Source: a virus
Length of the DNA: 64,000 nucleotides
IMG/VR virus record: IMGVR_UViG_3300046820_000088
Location: 1-64,000 of that record
Reading direction: 5' to 3' (one strand)
Shown here: positions 49,611 through 58,458 of the stretch, piece after piece
How positions within the stretch are numbered: the stretch's first letter is position 1
Layout of the letters: the number at the start of each line of letters is the position of its first letter
Program-made: the position numbers and the translations under genes
The notes under the pieces: model-generated
Seen by the model: only the letters and a program-made list of their open reading frames with translations
What the model was told of the DNA's origin: nothing
Databases searched by the model: none

Positions 49611-50262
49611 CAGCAGGTTCGTCGACCTTCTTAGTTACTTTCTTTACAGGTGGATCTAACGAATCTGCTTCTTTACGTAATCTAGCAGCTTCCTTATACA
49701 TAGCATCTGCTTGACTACGATATGATTTAGCAATGTCTTTGTCGCTTAACACTTCATTAGCCGCCGCCTTCAATGGCTCAACTCTTGTAGGAATGTTTGG
49801 CTCTCCGACATCTCTTCCTAGATCTTTAACTTCTACGATTTCTTCTACAGAAGAATTCTTCTTAGGAGCACCTGCCACAAATGTATATAGATCATCTATA
49901 GCACAGTTTTTTTGTTCTGCAATCAATACGTTTAGCTGATGAAGGTCGATAGCTGTTCCCGGAGTGGGGGTCATTTCGATAGAATCAGTAGGAACTTTTT
50001 GTAGAGCGCTGTCTGCATTTAATGCCTGTAGCATCGGACGTCCGTCTGGAAATGTTCGTGTGAACATAATCTCGCCAAACTCAAATGCTTCTTGTGCTTG
50101 ATCAGTTTCAACAACTTTCATGATAGAATCATGATACTCATTTGAGAGTGGAGCAACTGGCAGTATCAATGCATAGTTTGATTCGCCGGGTAGTGTTCTA
50201 AACACTACTAATACTTTCGCCCCAGTTTTTTTAACCCTTCCAATGTGCTTTAACGATTTCAT
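49603..50262 (-). CDS. Hypothetical protein (C-terminal coiled coil)
   Basis: Packed ORF; ATGA overlap; RSQADAMYKEAARLRKEAD helix. Confidence 0.7.
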   Translation of the reverse strand: MKSLKHIGRVKKTGAKVLVVFRTLPGESNYALILPVAPLSNEYHDSIMKVVETDQAQEAFEFGEIMFTRTFPDGRPMLQALNADSALQKVPTDSIEMTPTPGTAIDLHQLNVLIAEQKNCAIDDLYTFVAGAPKKNSSVEEIVEVKDLGRDVGEPNIPTRVEPLKAAANEVLSDKDIAKSYRSQADAMYKEAARLRKEADSLDPPVKKVTKKVDEPADV

Positions 50263-50471
50263 TGTTGTTCCCTTTTAGCAACGGACTCTAAAAATGTATT
50301 GAGTTTGTTATAAACTTTACCTACAGCTTCCATCTCAGCTGCTTTGAAAGCACCTCGTTGGCTTGCAATATCGATTACACTTTTTAATGCTACTAGATCA
50401 GAAATATTAAGATCTGGTGCAGCTTGTTGTGGAGCAGCTGGTGCAGCTTGCTCTTTTACTTCTTCGGTCAT
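50259..50471 (-). CDS. Hypothetical protein
   Basis: GGAG RBS; contains IDIASQRGAFKAAEM. Confidence 0.65.
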   Translation of the reverse strand: MTEEVKEQAAPAAPQQAAPDLNISDLVALKSVIDIASQRGAFKAAEMEAVGKVYNKLNTFLESVAKREQQ

Positions 50472-50744
50472 TTAGTTTCTCCTTAAGTGAGGACAAGCTA
50501 ACATAAAGTAGGTAAGTTCTTTCTGGTCCTCAAATCCAACAACTGTTGAAGATTTAAACTTTCCTTGTGAATCAACACCAGGATTTTTAAGAACAAAAAA
50601 CCTGCCTTTTAGTTTGCTTTGAATCCAGTTGATCATTTTCTCATTATAGTAATCGCTTTCGTGTAGCGTAGCTTTGTTAAAATGAACACATGCTACTTTT
50701 ACACGACGTTGACCTAAAACATCTAATGGGTTTATATCAAACAT
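50472..50744 (-). CDS. Hypothetical protein
   Basis: Preceded by a perfect TATAAATA (50753-50760, minus strand). Confidence 0.65.
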   Translation of the reverse strand: MFDINPLDVLGQRRVKVACVHFNKATLHESDYYNEKMINWIQSKLKGRFFVLKNPGVDSQGKFKSSTVVGFEDQKELTYFMLACPHLRRN

Positions 50745-50752
50745 AGTGTGAA

Positions 50753-50760
50753 TATTTATA
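50753..50760 (-). promoter_or_regulatory. T4-consensus late promoter TATAAATA
   Basis: Exact T4 late consensus 8 nt upstream of the ATG at 50744. Confidence 0.65.
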
Positions 50761-50768
50761 GAGTGGGG

Positions 50769-51170
50769 TTAATCTTGAGACGATTCTTGGTTTAATCGCT
50801 TGGATAATGCTTTGTTGTAGCCCATTTTCCGTATATCTCCTGAAAACAGATATAACTCAAATGCTGCACGTTCTTTCATTACAGTGATAGATTTCTTTGT
50901 GATGTAAAAAGGGGATTCGATATGTTGATCTAACCATACCAAGACTTGTGGAGTTATTCCAAAATCTGGAGGAAAGTCAACTTTGTATGTTTTTATTTTA
51001 GCATACTTTTCAATAAACTCCAAACATTGATCAGTCATTCGGAGTCCGCCGCTGTGCTTGTCTCTGATGTTCCACCACCAAACGGCTTTGTATTTCTTTC
51101 TTAACTCTTCATTAGCTTCAATACCAGCAGCTTTCAAAAAAACTGAAGTATAAGCATCTTTAAGTTCCAT
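50769..51170 (-). CDS. Hypothetical protein
   Basis: Packed ORF abutting the upstream stop codon. Confidence 0.65.
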   Translation of the reverse strand: MELKDAYTSVFLKAAGIEANEELRKKYKAVWWWNIRDKHSGGLRMTDQCLEFIEKYAKIKTYKVDFPPDFGITPQVLVWLDQHIESPFYITKKSITVMKERAAFELYLFSGDIRKMGYNKALSKRLNQESSQD

Positions 51171-51455
51171 TTACTTAATTTCTTCACCTTGTGTCAACTT
51201 ATATACTGCAAAATCATTAGTCTTAAACAGTTTGTTTAGTTTTTTGGCTAGATTATGAGCATGGCCTGGATTCGAAAAGCTGACCTTTTTATATTTTGGT
51301 CCAGGATAACTAGCAACTAAACTACCACTTTTTAAATTAAATGGTTGCCCTTTATAAAAAACAGCCCAGATGGCTTCGCTTTCAAGGATCTGTTCGATCT
51401 TGAAGTTTTCCTTGTTAGCATATTCGAGAATCACTCGAGGTTTTGGTCGACTCAT
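51171..51455 (-). CDS. Hypothetical basic protein under hairpin/late-promoter control
   Basis: MSRPKP...GPKYKKVSFSNPGHA.NLAKKLN; its start codon lies inside an 11-bp stem. Confidence 0.7.
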   Translation of the reverse strand: MSRPKPRVILEYANKENFKIEQILESEAIWAVFYKGQPFNLKSGSLVASYPGPKYKKVSFSNPGHAHNLAKKLNKLFKTNDFAVYKLTQGEEIK

Positions 51456-51490
51456 ATATACGTGTTCCTAATTAACCACGTATATATTTA
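51454..51490 (-). promoter_or_regulatory. Start-codon-sequestering hairpin overlapped by a late promoter TAAATA (51485-51490)
   Basis: Perfect 11-bp inverted repeat ATATATACGTG (51454-51464) / CACGTATATAT (51477-51487); the loop holds AGGA on the minus strand. Confidence 0.75.
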
Positions 51491-51495
51491 TCTTT

Positions 51496-51744
51496 TTAGA
51501 ACGCCCCGCCGTCGAACTTAACTTCTACACTAGATGTAGATGCTTTTATTTCGGACAACATTTGATGTATCTCTTGGACTGTCTTACCAAGTTTAGATGT
51601 CATAATAGCTAATTCATTAGTAAGATCTCTTGCCTCTTGAATAGATATTCGAATATCTTTCTGTTGGGACTTTTCGGCAGCATTTACTCGTTGAATGAGT
51701 TTTTCAACACTGGGTAGATTGTTTGGCAGATTACTTTGAGACAT
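51496..51744 (-). CDS. Hypothetical protein (coiled coil)
   Basis: Packed ORF ending in FDGGAF. Confidence 0.65.
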   Translation of the reverse strand: MSQSNLPNNLPSVEKLIQRVNAAEKSQQKDIRISIQEARDLTNELAIMTSKLGKTVQEIHQMLSEIKASTSSVEVKFDGGAF

Positions 51745-52201
51745 TTGACAGTACCTGCTTCATTTCTATTTCAGTTTTAAACGGACCTTTGTAGTCATAT
51801 CGTTGCAATGTAATCAGTTTAGGACAGTGCGACTTAACCCACCCTTTTTCGAACTTAATAACATAGTAACCAGCACAATAAAGACTTTTACTATCTCCGC
51901 TTTTAGTAAATAACGGTAGTTTTCTTTTAACATCAAACATTGCGTTGTGCGGAGTAGCAGATGTAGAATATCCGTGTACTTCATTGGGTTCGGCGTTGTC
52001 TGCTTCTTTAACAATCTTAACTGTAAAAAAGTCTTTACCGAATTGATCTGTTAGACTTTCTTTATTGTCGTAGATCTTAATCCCTGACTCATTGCTGAGA
52101 ACAAAACGATCATCTTCGTTCTTTCTAAGTGTTGCAAACTTTGAACCGTTTTGTTCTACAATCCAAAACTTATCTTGAATAATCGGTTTTGCTTGAATCA
52201 T
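51731..52201 (-). CDS. Hypothetical protein (start revised to MIQAKP)
   Basis: GAGG RBS before the ATG at 52201; contains SKSLYCAGYY...CPKLITL.RY...GPFKT. Confidence 0.65.
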   Translation of the reverse strand: MIQAKPIIQDKFWIVEQNGSKFATLRKNEDDRFVLSNESGIKIYDNKESLTDQFGKDFFTVKIVKEADNAEPNEVHGYSTSATPHNAMFDVKRKLPLFTKSGDSKSLYCAGYYVIKFEKGWVKSHCPKLITLQRYDYKGPFKTEIEMKQVLSNVSK

Positions 52202-52223
52202 TTCTGTTTCCTCGCATGTATCA

Positions 52224-53228
52224 TTATGCTGTAATACTTTCATTGTTGTATCTTGCATTTAGTGGTTCCGCATAGCTTTGAGCTTGTTCGGAGATTTTTT
52301 TCAGATCATATAAACCACAGAACTTCATCAGTCTAAGACCAACTTGATTAATATTCTTGTTAAGAGAAGTTGCTTCGGCAATAGTTTCAGCAATACGCAT
52401 TTTAATATCATCGGGTTGATGGTTTAAATCAATAAGTCTTCGATTTCGTTCGTAGTCATCGATTACTCTGTGTTCGACACCTTCGTGGTCAGTCCATCTC
52501 TGTAACATGAGATTGTTCCAGGCATATCCTTTGCTTTTACGATCTTCGAACGCTTCAGTAAGACCCACTTTTTTGCTTGTGCCTTTAGTACGTACACCCG
52601 GATACGCCGAGAAGACATTATCACTGGTATCACCGCGCATACATTTTTCGAACAAGAGCCACTCTGGATTTGGAGCTGCTTTTTCTTCTTGAGTTTTTTT
52701 GTCGATGATCGGTTTGCCTTTATCATCAAAGTAGCCTTCGTGTGTAATAGTAGTTTCTTGAACACCGTTGTATTGTTTTACATTGGGCGCGATTAACTGC
52801 ACAAAGTCTGTGTCTGTAGAGATAATAACGTGATTATCGTTCGGATGACTTTGTATCCATCCTGCAATTAAATCATCAGCTTCTAAAGAAGCGTGTTGCA
52901 TTACAGTGCAGTTAGTTTTTTCTTTGACAAAATCTTTGAATGTGTCAAATGCTTCCCAAAAAACTTTTTCTTCTTCAGCTTCTCGTTCTGTGTGTGCAGC
53001 GCGAGCATCTGATCGATTGCGTTTGTAAGGAGCATAGTAGTCTTTACGCCAGCTACGACCTTCTAAGCAAAAGATAACATGACTACCATTAAACTGATTC
53101 CATGCTTTTCGAATACTGTTTAATGTAATATGAAAGGCCATGCCGAGTTTAATATCGGCGTCGCCGTTGATAACGTGTCTAGCACGAAAAAATGTATTAG
53201 CTGTGTCTACTAAAATGTATGTTTTCAT
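52224..53228 (-). CDS. rnh: T4-type RNase H / 5'-3' exonuclease (FEN family)
   Basis: ILVD..N.FFR, SWRK.YY.PYK.NR, EADD.IA, ISTDTDF.QL, GDTSDNV. Confidence 0.9.
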   Translation of the reverse strand: MKTYILVDTANTFFRARHVINGDADIKLGMAFHITLNSIRKAWNQFNGSHVIFCLEGRSWRKDYYAPYKRNRSDARAAHTEREAEEEKVFWEAFDTFKDFVKEKTNCTVMQHASLEADDLIAGWIQSHPNDNHVIISTDTDFVQLIAPNVKQYNGVQETTITHEGYFDDKGKPIIDKKTQEEKAAPNPEWLLFEKCMRGDTSDNVFSAYPGVRTKGTSKKVGLTEAFEDRKSKGYAWNNLMLQRWTDHEGVEHRVIDDYERNRRLIDLNHQPDDIKMRIAETIAEATSLNKNINQVGLRLMKFCGLYDLKKISEQAQSYAEPLNARYNNESITA

Positions 53229-53686
53229 TGTTGTTCTTTTTTAAGGCGTTCTTTTAGACTACCAGAATCTATAGGACCGCCATAATCTCCGTCAACAACT
53301 ACGTTTGCACATAGTTCTCGAAACCATCGATCAACGATTTCTTCATCGGGATCTCCGTCGGAGCCGTAACCCTCTTGTTTTAATTTTAACACAAAATACT
53401 CATTCCAGTCAAGCTCTAAGAACCCGTTGCGAATATTATCTTCGTTAACATGAGTATTAAGTACTCCTACCCAGGATTCTTTTTTACGAGTTGCACGTTC
53501 TTTTGGACTGAGTTTTGATAGTTCTTCAGCTTCTTTTGCTTTTTCAGCTTCTTGCCTAGCACGTTCTGCTTCACGCTGATGAGCTGCTGTTTCTTCTACA
53601 GCCTGCATTAGTTTCGATTCTGCATCTGCAATAGTCTTTTCTAACTTATCTACACCAGTAATCTTTTTAAAGAATTTTCCTAACAT
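53225..53686 (-). CDS. Hypothetical protein (start revised to MLGKFF)
   Basis: TAATG overlap with the queE stop; contains GF.ELDWNEYF..L...GY...EEIVDRWF. Confidence 0.65.
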   Translation of the reverse strand: MLGKFFKKITGVDKLEKTIADAESKLMQAVEETAAHQREAERARQEAEKAKEAEELSKLSPKERATRKKESWVGVLNTHVNEDNIRNGFLELDWNEYFVLKLKQEGYGSDGDPDEEIVDRWFRELCANVVVDGDYGGPIDSGSLKERLKKEQQ

Positions 53687-54525
53687 TATGTTCCCCACTC
53701 GTTTTTAAACAACGGCACTTGTAATCGATCACTGTATCGTAAGCCATTCTTCATTGCTAAATCTGCCACTGTTCGATTGTTTAGTGTGTAAACACTTTCG
53801 ACGCCACCTACTGGCATTAGATAAACGTGTCCTTTAAATCCAGCCGCACGATACGCACCAATAGCACACTCTGCATCAGCAAAGTCTTGTTCTGTAGCAA
53901 TAACAAACTTTAGATAAGCTGTGCCAACTTGTTCGTATTCGCATACAACGTCTGGCAGGATGGCTTCTTCCCACTTCTCGCCACTGCATGGAAGTTTAGC
54001 ACTTACACTGAATGTGATTTCTCTATCAGTTCTGCCAGCCCACATATTCAAATAAGATTTAAATTCTTCTGTTAGCTTTTGAGTACCGTTTGTTTCAAAC
54101 GTAATTTCTTTAAGCCCACGCATTTTATTGTGTTCTAGCAAATCTGGATAAGCACGTTGCCAACCCAGCAACGGCTCACCACCTGTAATTACAAGATGTT
54201 CGTCCCGCCATTCTTTGTACGGTAGCGTATCCACAATAGCATCGGCAATTGAATCAGAAGAAAGAACGGGAGATAGATGCTTAAAGCGAGGATCCCAGCT
54301 AGCGTAACTATCACAACCTGTACTAACCAAAGGTAACGATTTGTACTCGGAGTAAAGAGACGGGTTAATATTTTCTGCTTCATTGCTAAGTTCTCCTCTA
54401 GTCATACCAAACCCTGCACATTTGAAGTTACACCCAAATGTACGTAAGAAAACAGAAGGAACTCCCATGTAACGTCCTTCGCCTTGTATGCTGTAGAACA
54501 GCTCTGCTATTTTAATTTTACTCAT
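53686..54525 (-). CDS. queE: 7-carboxy-7-deazaguanine synthase (radical SAM)
   Basis: ELFYSIQGEG...GVPSVFLRTFGCNFKC...GCDS, ITGGEP, ETNGT, S.KL, LKFV, YLMP, RLQ. Confidence 0.9.
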   Translation of the reverse strand: MSKIKIAELFYSIQGEGRYMGVPSVFLRTFGCNFKCAGFGMTRGELSNEAENINPSLYSEYKSLPLVSTGCDSYASWDPRFKHLSPVLSSDSIADAIVDTLPYKEWRDEHLVITGGEPLLGWQRAYPDLLEHNKMRGLKEITFETNGTQKLTEEFKSYLNMWAGRTDREITFSVSAKLPCSGEKWEEAILPDVVCEYEQVGTAYLKFVIATEQDFADAECAIGAYRAAGFKGHVYLMPVGGVESVYTLNNRTVADLAMKNGLRYSDRLQVPLFKNEWGT

Positions 54526-54790
54526 AAATGTTTGACCACTTCTTTAGTTTTTCGATCTTAGCAGCCTTAGCAGATTCTAAGTGACTATTAGCAACAATGC
54601 CTTTTTCAAGAAGGATGTCGATCATTGCTAACACATCGCCGATTTCTTCTTCTAGGTGTTCACGATTTGTTTTAGGTTTTCCTGGTTTGAGATTATCAAT
54701 ACCGAACCTGCTGATTTTGCTTACAGCTTGAATAACCTCTGCACATTCTTCTTGCAGAATATCCATAACTTCTTTTGTTTGTGTATTCAT
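54518..54790 (-). CDS. MazG-like nucleotide pyrophosphohydrolase
   Basis: LQEECAEVIQA.SK..RFG...LEEEIGDVL (EExxE...EExGD). Confidence 0.8.
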   Translation of the reverse strand: MNTQTKEVMDILQEECAEVIQAVSKISRFGIDNLKPGKPKTNREHLEEEIGDVLAMIDILLEKGIVANSHLESAKAAKIEKLKKWSNIYE

Positions 54791-54978
54791 GTTGTTATTT
54801 TACTACCTTTCATATATTCTTGTCTACGTTTGCGACATTCTTCTTTTACTGCTGGAGGCACATCTGGATGCCATTCGGCTACTCTACAATCATATATTTT
54901 TTCTTCAGTGTCTGGTAAAATCCAAGCCAGACCAAAAATAAATGCAATACCGGCAATAAATCCTATGATATATTTCAT
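54787..54978 (-). CDS. Small membrane-anchored protein (start revised to MKYIIG)
   Basis: ATGA overlap with the upstream stop; N-terminal TM helix; YDC..AE.HPD.P..VKEECR. Confidence 0.6.
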   Translation of the reverse strand: MKYIIGFIAGIAFIFGLAWILPDTEEKIYDCRVAEWHPDVPPAVKEECRKRRQEYMKGSKITT

Positions 54979-55445
54979 GTTGCCTTTGATTTGTTGTATC
55001 TTTCTTGTAGATACTGTTCGTGTTGAACCCATTTATTATTAACTAAAAATCCCCATTCTCTTTTCTTGGGGCCTGGCATGAACAGAGTCCATGCTGTCAC
55101 GTTAGGATCAAGCTCAATACGATGATAGCTGTTAGCCCCACATACACGAAAATGGCCGGGTCCTCGCCATACACATATTTCAGCAATCTTGTCGCCTTTG
55201 TTGTTAAACTGAGGAAGCCATTCATAATATCCGCCCTTTAGAATAAGTGTTGCATACGGCCACGGATGGTCATGCACATCATCCGGGTCACCTTTTAAAA
55301 ACTTATGTAGGAATACATTGAACGGAAAGTTCTCTCGATCTTTTAAGAACAGATAATAACGTTCTAAGTACGGCTCGTCACTTTGACGGTCCATGACAAT
55401 ACGCTTACGACCCATGCGTTCTAAAAGATTGAGAAACCATTTCAT
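54975..55445 (-). CDS. Cupin-fold metalloprotein
   Basis: LHKF..GD...HDHPW......GGY.E...HRI.L...WTLF..G...EWGF. Confidence 0.7.
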   Translation of the reverse strand: MKWFLNLLERMGRKRIVMDRQSDEPYLERYYLFLKDRENFPFNVFLHKFLKGDPDDVHDHPWPYATLILKGGYYEWLPQFNNKGDKIAEICVWRGPGHFRVCGANSYHRIELDPNVTAWTLFMPGPKKREWGFLVNNKWVQHEQYLQERYNKSKAT

Positions 55446-55657
55446 TTACATGTCTCCAGGTATTCATTAAGTCTGTGTGCAGCTTCGTCGAAATCAACAG
55501 CCCAAACTTTAGCTGCAATTTCTTCACCGTTGATCTGCATATCAAAAGGAACAACACCGTTGAATCTAAATCCCTCGGGTACCGTTGTAGTAACTACAAA
55601 CTCGTTTAGATTCTTAGCTCTAAAGATAAGATTATTAGCCATGTCTACTGAGTTCAT
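55442..55657 (-). CDS. Hypothetical protein
   Basis: Packed ORF with a GGAG RBS. Confidence 0.6.
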   Translation of the reverse strand: MNSVDMANNLIFRAKNLNEFVVTTTVPEGFRFNGVVPFDMQINGEEIAAKVWAVDFDEAAHRLNEYLETCK

Positions 55658-55659
55658 AC

Positions 55660-55863
55660 TTACTCCCTAAAGTACTTTTCCATCATTTCTAGTTTGTCAT
55701 GATATTCAGCAATCAGATCAACTTCTTTCTCGATAGCATCCATTAGATCTGAATGATCGTGAATAGCTGTAGGATTGTTTAACATAATGTCAACATTCAT
55801 TTTATGTTTACGAATGTGTGCTTCGAAGTGCTGTTTAAGAACACTGATCATTTCATTTCTCAT
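55660..55863 (-). CDS. Hypothetical protein
   Basis: AAGGA RBS; H.MNV.IML.NP.AI.DH.D...AIE.E motif. Confidence 0.6.
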   Translation of the reverse strand: MRNEMISVLKQHFEAHIRKHKMNVDIMLNNPTAIHDHSDLMDAIEKEVDLIAEYHDKLEMMEKYFRE

Positions 55864-55872
55864 AATATCCTT

Positions 55873-56697
55873 TTATCGTGGTGCAAACTCTTGTTGCAGT
55901 TTAATGTTATCAAAGAACTCTTTCTTAGTGTTACCGTCGTCTTTAAACGCACCTTTAAGCACAGTAGTCTGTGTAAGACTGGAGTGTGCCATAATGCCGC
56001 GATTCTCACAGCAACCATGCACTGCTTGAATGTAAACGCCTAAATCTTCTGCTCCAGTAGCCTTAGCAATTTCTCGAGCGATATCATTAGCCAGTTCTTC
56101 TTGAAGTGTACCACGGCGAGCGCACCACTGAGCAATACGAGTGTACTTGCTAAGACCAATGAGCTTTTGAGCGGCAATAATCCCAATATAAGCAACGCCA
56201 CTAACAGGCTGGTGGTGATGTGAACACATACTACGAAGCTCACTACGTACCACCAGCATACCTTCGTATCGATCTTCGCTATCATTTGGAAAAGCCGTTG
56301 CATCCGGGGGTGCTTCATATCTACCTGCCATTATTTCGTTGAAGTACATTTTCGCAAGACGTCTTGCAGTACCTTTAGAGTTGGGATCGTTGTCGCGATC
56401 AATCAGCAGACGATCAAGCACTAGTTCAAATGCTTCTGTTGCTTCGTCGATTAGTTTTTCTTTATCGCCTTCGCTTAGGTATTCACTAATGTTATCGCCC
56501 GCCCAGAAACGTTTATTATCACGTTTCATTTTAAAACGAAGTGTGTCTCCGAGATATGCTTCTTCGTAGCCTTTATCAGACATTGCATCTGAAGCCTTAA
56601 CATATACTTCTTTCTTTAAGGGAACGTATGTATCTTCTTTAAAATCTGGTTTAAGATTGGATTCTATTACTGGGTCTAGTTTAAATGTATTTGTCAA
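55873..56697 (-). CDS. folE: GTP cyclohydrolase I (TTG start, N-terminal extension)
   Basis: DPNS.GT.RRLAKMY, SMCSHH, GLSKY.R...ARR..LQE, HGC...RG. Confidence 0.93.
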   Translation of the reverse strand: MTNTFKLDPVIESNLKPDFKEDTYVPLKKEVYVKASDAMSDKGYEEAYLGDTLRFKMKRDNKRFWAGDNISEYLSEGDKEKLIDEATEAFELVLDRLLIDRDNDPNSKGTARRLAKMYFNEIMAGRYEAPPDATAFPNDSEDRYEGMLVVRSELRSMCSHHHQPVSGVAYIGIIAAQKLIGLSKYTRIAQWCARRGTLQEELANDIAREIAKATGAEDLGVYIQAVHGCCENRGIMAHSSLTQTTVLKGAFKDDGNTKKEFFDNIKLQQEFAPR

Positions 56698-56738
56698 TTA
56701 TTATTCTCCGAGTTAGTGTCGTGGATGACATCATATAG

Positions 56739-57839
56739 TTATTTTAACAGTTCTAAGAGTTTATTACAACTGAAGAACTGTTCAGTTAGATCACTTACCT
56801 GTTTATTTAGGCTTGGTAAAAACTTTTCGTAACTATTCATGTATTGAATGATTTTATTGCAGACATCTGGTCTATGCACAGTATATGCTTCATAACTTTC
56901 AGTCCACTCACTAGGATACTTAAAAGTATCAAATGCCATTTCACTGTAGCTTAGTCGATCCGGAACCATAGGAATAGCATCAACTACTGAGCCTTCATAC
57001 CAACTGATGCCCAGTGTTTCTTGCAAGTTTGCACTAAAGACTAGTTTTGCTTCGCCTAATAAGTTATGGTATTCATTCTTTGTTAGTTGTTGATCTTGGC
57101 ACACAACAAATTCATATTGTGGCAAGTGTTCTTTTAAATCTCTAAAGATTTCAACTTGCTTCTCTGGAGCGATGCGATGTGGGAATAATATAAGGTCACG
57201 CTTAGGCATATTCTTATACATCATTAATGTATCGGACATGTACTCCATCGGCCAACCTGTACGTACAATTTTACTAGCTGATACCCACTCCTTAACGTCA
57301 GCCCTTTCTAGTACAGGTGTACTAGATTGGATACCATTGTTAAGCAGATTAATGAAAAACATTTCGATGTGAAAGTTTGTAGCAAAGTGGTTGTGATCAA
57401 ATGCATGGAAGAAACTCTTCTCAGCGTGTCTAACCCAAGGCTTATTTCCAACAAGACGCCCTAAAAAGTCCTGAGGATCATAACTGCCAGCATGCCATAA
57501 GCCGTGTGTAACTACTGGAATATTCAGTAGTTCACTCATATACTTTAGATTAATGATACCTGGGTGCCAAGCATCAGTAAAGATAAAATGATCGCCAGTC
57601 TTGACGGATCCTGAACAAAAAAGTCTTCCAAGCTGCTCAACTTGGTTTGCCTTATAGATATTAGTGCCCCCAAAATTGAGAAATGCACCAGGAGTAGTGG
57701 CGCTAGGGATGTCGCTAGGGCCCGATATAACATGAACTTCATGTCCTGCCTTTTGTAAGAGATTAGGTACATGGGACTTCCATTGTCCCGTGTACCTTGT
57801 TTCTACGCTTTCTAGATCAACGAGAAAAATTTTGCTCAT
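56739..57839 (-). CDS. GT-B fold glycosyltransferase (GT4-like) inside the deazaguanine locus
   Basis: HAGSYDP.D, FPHRIAPEKQ, SANLQETLGIS.YEG (ExxG...E), VPDRLSYSEM. Confidence 0.75.
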   Translation of the reverse strand: MSKIFLVDLESVETRYTGQWKSHVPNLLQKAGHEVHVISGPSDIPSATTPGAFLNFGGTNIYKANQVEQLGRLFCSGSVKTGDHFIFTDAWHPGIINLKYMSELLNIPVVTHGLWHAGSYDPQDFLGRLVGNKPWVRHAEKSFFHAFDHNHFATNFHIEMFFINLLNNGIQSSTPVLERADVKEWVSASKIVRTGWPMEYMSDTLMMYKNMPKRDLILFPHRIAPEKQVEIFRDLKEHLPQYEFVVCQDQQLTKNEYHNLLGEAKLVFSANLQETLGISWYEGSVVDAIPMVPDRLSYSEMAFDTFKYPSEWTESYEAYTVHRPDVCNKIIQYMNSYEKFLPSLNKQVSDLTEQFFSCNKLLELLK

Positions 57840-58053
57840 TGTAGCGTGGCTTGAAGTTTCTGTGGCCGTTATTATTAAATCTACGACCGCCTCTCTTGTT
57901 GGCTAGATAGGCTTGATAGTTTGCAGAATCCTTACGATAAAGATCTGCGGGATTAAACTCGCACAATTCAAAACGACAGTAGTCGTGATATGCATCTAGG
58001 TCGTCAAAGACCTTAGTAGCTTCGGAACGGTGATCGTTGTAATGTTTAGCCAT
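57817..58053 (-). CDS. Hypothetical protein with a basic Arg/Gly/Asn-rich tail
   Basis: AAGGA RBS; overlaps the GT start. Confidence 0.6.
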   Translation of the reverse strand: MAKHYNDHRSEATKVFDDLDAYHDYCRFELCEFNPADLYRKDSANYQAYLANKRGGRRFNNNGHRNFKPRYNEQNFSR

Positions 58054-58068
58054 TATAGCTTTCCTTAA

Positions 58069-58458
58069 TTAATATTTGATGAAAGAACCATTTTCTCCGT
58101 CTTCGGAGACCTCAATCCAAACCTCACGGCCTGGATACTTGCTGGAAATGCTGTCATATAAATCTTGTGACATCATCTCGCAACTCTTGTAGTCTAGTTG
58201 TAGTGTGCCTTCTTTATAAAGGTTTTCCAACCAGCGCTTAAACTGAATAAACTCAATATCACGATCGTCATGTGTAACACCAATCCACACAGTAAAGTGG
58301 AAGATATGACGATGCGGATGACCTAAAAAACTTACATCATATTCATCACCTGTAGCAAGTGCCGGGTCTGTCAATGCCGCTGGGTATTTGTGCATACCCT
58401 CTTTGCGAAATGTAACCCAGATCATTTTGTTAGGGCGAACGTCTTGTTTAATATTCAT
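58069..58458 (-). CDS. QueD-like T-fold protein, DpdL-type (putative CDG decarboxylase)
   Basis: EG.H, LGHPHRHIF (LxxxHRHxF instead of the QueD CxxxHGH), SCEM; start revised to MNIKQ because of an ATGA overlap. Confidence 0.7.
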   Translation of the reverse strand: MNIKQDVRPNKMIWVTFRKEGMHKYPAALTDPALATGDEYDVSFLGHPHRHIFHFTVWIGVTHDDRDIEFIQFKRWLENLYKEGTLQLDYKSCEMMSQDLYDSISSKYPGREVWIEVSEDGENGSFIKY

